Source: an uncultured virus (IMG/VR IMGVR_UViG_3300026116_000006)
Lineage: Duplodnaviria; Heunggongvirae; Uroviricota; Caudoviricetes
Strand: one strand, 5' to 3'
Length of the DNA: 20,000 nt
IMG/VR virus record: IMGVR_UViG_3300026116_000006
Below are positions 16,656-20,000 of this stretch, piece by piece; the stretch's first letter is position 1, and the number at the start of each line of letters is the position of its first letter. The position numbers and the translations under genes were made by a program. Below the pieces are notes generated by a model that saw only the letters and a list, made by a program, of their open reading frames with translations, searched no databases and had not been told where the DNA came from.

Positions 16656-16876
16656 GGTGCTGCTCCTCGCTGCTTCAGAGATTGAACATCGCGCTCGAGA
16701 GCGTCAAGCCGCTCGCGCACGAGCTGAAGAAAACCCTTATCGTCCTTCGAGATCTTCCCGCCGTACAGCATCGCCTCGACCGTCGTCAGGCGCGCGTTCA
16801 GCAACAGGGCTTCCAGGGCCCATACCCGCTTCTCCAAGGGCTCGAGCCTTAGCAAAATACTCTTGCTGTCCTCCAC
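16652..16876 (-). CDS. Hypothetical coiled-coil protein (74 aa)
   Basis: GTG start with GGAGG RBS. Leucine heptads (RLEPLEKRVWALE, RLDALERDVQSLK). Confidence 0.6.
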   Translation of the reverse strand: MEDSKSILLRLEPLEKRVWALEALLLNARLTTVEAMLYGGKISKDDKGFLQLVRERLDALERDVQSLKQRGAAP

Positions 16877-17129
16877 GACCGGTTTCCTCCAATGACAGCA
16901 CCCGCTTCTCGAGCTTGCCGAAACGGATCAACCACATCCTGCTAATCGCGTTGTTGTCGTTCTCGAGGTCAAGCACCTCGAGCGTCGAGAAGCGGAACAT
17001 GCATTTCTCGCACTGCCGACGTCGCTTCTTGCCCTTGTCCTTGTTGAAGCGTGAATCGATGACCCGCGAGATGATATGCCCGCAGCTGGGGCAGGGCACG
17101 GCGCCCGCGGTGTCACCGGGCTCGATCAC
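16737..17129 (-). CDS. NrdR-like zinc-ribbon protein without ATP-cone
   Basis: CPSCG..SRVIDSR..KKRRRQCEKCMFRFSTLE matches the NrdR N-terminal zinc ribbon. GTGA overlap with the upstream gene. Confidence 0.75.
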   Translation of the reverse strand: MIEPGDTAGAVPCPSCGHIISRVIDSRFNKDKGKKRRRQCEKCMFRFSTLEVLDLENDNNAISRMWLIRFGKLEKRVLSLEETGRGGQQEYFAKARALGEAGMGPGSPVAERAPDDGRGDAVRREDLEGR

Positions 17130-18187
17130 TTCCAGGGCGTCCCGCCCGGCGCATTGATCGCCATCGCCGGCTGGCTGCCGGAGCCGTAGGGCGTGACCCA
17201 GGCGTTGCTATTCTGGATCTTGTTCATGCTGCCGCCCGAGTTCAGCACGTACTGCGAGACCTTGCCGCCGGGCGCCTTGGTCTGTCCATCGCTCGACATG
17301 TTGCAGCCGCTGAGATTGCTGCCGAAGCTCGAGCCTGGGATGTTGATCAGGCTGAGCCCCGTGTTCTCGCCGTTCACGCCCATCACGGTGCGAATACCCG
17401 TATTGGCGAAGATGCCACCGAAGGCGTTGTTGATGAAGCTGCCGCCGAACATGTCGACCGAGTTGGCCTGATCGGGCAGGTTCAGCCCATAGCCTCGATT
17501 GCGGCTGAGATTGGTGCCGTACATCATCAAATTCGAGATGACGCCGTTGCTGCCGCCATTGGTCGGCACGTCGGAGATCACCATGCCGTCGCCGTAGTTG
17601 TTCTCCGAGATCATGTTGTAGAGCGCCGCCTCGAACACATCGCCGCAAAAGCGAATGCCCTCGAGCCCGCAATACTGGACGCTGAGATTGTCGAAGATGC
17701 CCTTGTAGATCGGCCGCCCGCCGCCCGGCGCATTGATTACGATGCCACGCCCGCATTGCTGGCCGATGTAGCCATTGCCGAACACGTAGAGGTTCTTCAG
17801 CACGAAGCCGCGGATCGGCGAGCCCGCGGGCGCCTTCGAGGTGTCGAAGGTGATCACGTCCTTGGTAGTGTTGAGGCCGCCGTTCCAGCTGAGGTTGAGG
17901 TTGCTGAAATCGCAACCGAACGGCGCGCCGCCGGTGTAGGCCACCGGGATCACGATCGGCGCGGTCACGGTGAAAGCCGGTGTCGACGGGTCGATGATCA
18001 AATAACCGCCGCCCGTGCAGACCTTGGTCAGCTGGGTGACCAGATCCTGCAGCGAGGTCGGCTTGTAGAGCCCGCCGCCGCTGGGCGGCGTCGGTGGGAT
18101 GGGCGGCGTGGGGCCAGCGGGGTAGACCTGGGCGCCGTTCACGTTGACGCTCGCCACCGTGCCCGTGATATCGACCGTGTCTGTCAT
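17126..18187 (-). CDS. Right-handed parallel beta-helix (pectin lyase-like) protein (353 aa)
   Basis: Asn/Gly-rich repeats (NLYVFGNG, GRGIVI, NLSVQYCGLEGIRF, ENNYGDGMVI, SRNRGYGLNL, NNAFGGIF) after a Pro-rich linker. Confidence 0.7.
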   Translation of the reverse strand: MTDTVDITGTVASVNVNGAQVYPAGPTPPIPPTPPSGGGLYKPTSLQDLVTQLTKVCTGGGYLIIDPSTPAFTVTAPIVIPVAYTGGAPFGCDFSNLNLSWNGGLNTTKDVITFDTSKAPAGSPIRGFVLKNLYVFGNGYIGQQCGRGIVINAPGGGRPIYKGIFDNLSVQYCGLEGIRFCGDVFEAALYNMISENNYGDGMVISDVPTNGGSNGVISNLMMYGTNLSRNRGYGLNLPDQANSVDMFGGSFINNAFGGIFANTGIRTVMGVNGENTGLSLINIPGSSFGSNLSGCNMSSDGQTKAPGGKVSQYVLNSGGSMNKIQNSNAWVTPYGSGSQPAMAINAPGGTPWK

Positions 18188-18197
18188 AGTGCCCCCT

Positions 18198-18596
18198 TTA
18201 TCGCCGGCCGGCGCGGATCCTCGTCGCCTTGGAGAAAAACAAACCGGCCGAGTAGCGACGAATGCTCTCGGCCATGCCGCGCATCAGGCCCTTGGGCGTG
18301 GCGCGTTGCAGTGCTTCGCTGAACAGCGGCGTCTGGCCCACGCCCTTGTGCTGCATGTTGCGATGCTGTCGACGCGCAAAGCGCGCCAGACTGATCGCAT
18401 CGATCGGCTTACCCTCGAGCGTGTGCTTGAAAACCCGCGGCACCTTGCGATAGCGACGCTGGTCGTTGTCGTTGCCGGCGCACATCATCGAGGTCTGCTC
18501 GCGCATCTCGCGCGCCGTTTCACGGGAAACACCCATCGCCGTATCGCCGGGCGCGAGCTTCGTCTTGAAGCGGCTGCGGGCGTAGGGGAGGTTCAC
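18198..18596 (-). CDS. Hypothetical basic protein (132 aa)
   Basis: GTGA overlap with the upstream ORF; fills the gap in the operon. Confidence 0.55.
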   Translation of the reverse strand: MNLPYARSRFKTKLAPGDTAMGVSRETAREMREQTSMMCAGNDNDQRRYRKVPRVFKHTLEGKPIDAISLARFARRQHRNMQHKGVGQTPLFSEALQRATPKGLMRGMAESIRRYSAGLFFSKATRIRAGRR

Positions 18597-18883
18597 CCGC
18601 CGGCCTCGGCCATGCGCTGCTCGAGCGCGCGGTCCTCGGTGTGATGATCATTGCCGTCAAAGCCCACCAGTTCGGCGATCTTCTGCTGACAGCACGGACA
18701 GGTCAGACCCTCGACGATCGGAAAGTAGAGCGCGGACGTGCGGCCATCCTGGGACGGGCTGAGATGCACCTGGACGACGCGGCGCTTGGCGCCGCCCTCC
18801 GCGATCTTGCGCGCATCGTCGGTTGCCTTCTCGGGATCGAGATAGGCGAAAATCGCGACGTCCGATTTCACGATCGTGTTCAT
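18593..18883 (-). CDS. Hypothetical protein (96 aa) with a CPCC motif
   Basis: ATGA overlap with the upstream ORF; GC-rich third positions. Confidence 0.6.
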   Translation of the reverse strand: MNTIVKSDVAIFAYLDPEKATDDARKIAEGGAKRRVVQVHLSPSQDGRTSALYFPIVEGLTCPCCQQKIAELVGFDGNDHHTEDRALEQRMAEAGG

Positions 18884-19191
18884 GCGATGGTCCCGTTCTC
18901 GTCAAGCCGCACGAAGTGGCGCTTGAGCTTGTGGTCCTCGAGATAGTTCTCGCTGTCGAGCGGGCTGTCGCCCTTCCAGGTGGTCATGATGAGACGCGTG
19001 AAGAGCTGGGTGATCAGCGCCACCTCGAGAGCGGTGATGTCGGCCTGAGGCATGAACACGAGCTTGGCGCGGTCGGGCAATTCGAGCGAGATCGGTTTCA
19101 CGGGATAGCCGGTGAAGACGCCGGGCGTCGGCGCCTGATCAAGATCCTTCTCGGTGACCTTGGTGCCGTAATGGCCAGCCATGTGCCCCAT
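18880..19191 (-). CDS. Hypothetical protein
   Basis: GGGGAG upstream of ATG 19191 or 19182 (start uncertain); contains FMPQADITALEVA. Confidence 0.6.
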   Translation of the reverse strand: MGHMAGHYGTKVTEKDLDQAPTPGVFTGYPVKPISLELPDRAKLVFMPQADITALEVALITQLFTRLIMTTWKGDSPLDSENYLEDHKLKRHFVRLDENGTIA

Positions 19192-19244
19192 GCTCTCCCC
19201 GTGCCGATGCGCGGCGCGGAGGATGCACAAGCGCTAGGGGTCCG

Positions 19245-19517
19245 TCAATGGGGGTGGTCGTGGGCGCGCCGTCGCGCGGCGTAATCGGGCAAGCCCTTCA
19301 GCACCGTGTCGATGCAGTGATCCAGCTCACGCTTGGTGAATTTCTTGCCGACCAGGGCGTACAGCTCGATCGTCAGCTTGATCGAGGTCAGCCTTGCCAT
19401 GGCGAGCGGTGCATCATCGATCGGCAGATCGTAGAACTTGGTGACCAGATGCTCCAGCTCGCTTACGTCGCGCTTTTGGCCCGTCGATTTCCGGGATTGG
19501 CCTTTCGAGTATTTCAC
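19245..19517 (-). CDS. Hypothetical protein (90 aa)
   Basis: GTG start with GAGGAG RBS; helical composition. Confidence 0.65.
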   Translation of the reverse strand: MKYSKGQSRKSTGQKRDVSELEHLVTKFYDLPIDDAPLAMARLTSIKLTIELYALVGKKFTKRELDHCIDTVLKGLPDYAARRRAHDHPH

Positions 19518-19692
19518 GCAGTCTCCTCGCGGGCTCGGTCTGATCTTTTATGCGCAGGCTGTCGAACCTCGGTTGTGCCGGCAGCGGTGTCAAGAGCTGC
19601 GCCGCCAGCAGCGTCGCCGCATGCCGCTCCTGCGCCGCCCTCGCGATCGCCGCGCCCTTCTTGGCCTCACCCGATCTCGCGCTTCTCGACAT
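19414..19692 (-). CDS. Hypothetical basic protein (92 aa)
   Basis: ATG with GGAGG RBS, but overlaps the next gene by 104 bp. Confidence 0.4.
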   Translation of the reverse strand: MSRSARSGEAKKGAAIARAAQERHAATLLAAQLLTPLPAQPRFDSLRIKDQTEPARRLREILERPIPEIDGPKARRKRAGASGHQVLRSADR

Positions 19693-19915
19693 TCATCCTC
19701 CGAAAATATTTTCCAATCGCCTCGCCGAGATCGCCGTCACTCGGCGCCGCTAGCTCGGGGCGCGCGACGCGCAGCCAGATCGCCTTCAGGATCTCGCGCG
19801 TGCAATCGATCAGCACCTTGTCGCCGCTGTTGGCGATATCCTCGAAATACTTTCGCGCCATCTCGGCATCGCTCGGGATGCTGGCGAACGAGACGGGCTT
19901 ATGGGTCTCGACCAT
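19667..19915 (-). CDS. Hypothetical protein (82 aa)
   Basis: TGATG overlap with the upstream partial ORF. Confidence 0.6.
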   Translation of the reverse strand: MVETHKPVSFASIPSDAEMARKYFEDIANSGDKVLIDCTREILKAIWLRVARPELAAPSDGDLGEAIGKYFRRMNVEKREIG

Positions 19916-20000
19916 CAGTGCAGCTTCTTCGGTGGAACAAAGTCGAACAGCTCGCGCGTGATCGTCATCGCTTCCTCCTTGCCGGTCCGGTCGTCGAGCT
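19915..20000 (-). CDS. 3' end of a hypothetical gene entering from the right edge
   Basis: ...LDDRTGKEEAMTITRELFDFVPPKKLH-stop, coupled to the next ATG. Confidence 0.45.
   Translation of the reverse strand, partial: LDDRTGKEEAMTITRELFDFVPPKKLH

Overview
High-GC tailed-phage or prophage DNA, probably a podovirus-type phage of an alphaproteobacterial host (inference). All credible genes lie on the minus strand. Read right to left, the window holds small hypothetical genes, a beta-helix protein, an NrdR-like zinc ribbon, terminase large subunit, portal, a ~1240 aa multidomain protein, a GG-motif/Pro-rich protein, a GroES-like co-chaperonin, a probable scaffold, head genes and the major capsid protein. 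The standout is a cassette (about 2090-4200) inside the head module. It consists of a terminator, a putative promoter with a palindromic operator, three tandem Y RNA-like ncRNAs, a Ro60/TROVE (Rsr) gene and a small HTH gene. The three RNAs share one scaffold. Two carry complete four-arm tRNA cloverleaves in different circular permutations: one has a Thr(UGU)-type anticodon loop, and the other has a GAU loop and a 7-bp acceptor stem ending in ACCA. The third has no tRNA module. All calls come from reading and hand-folding the sequence; no searches were run.
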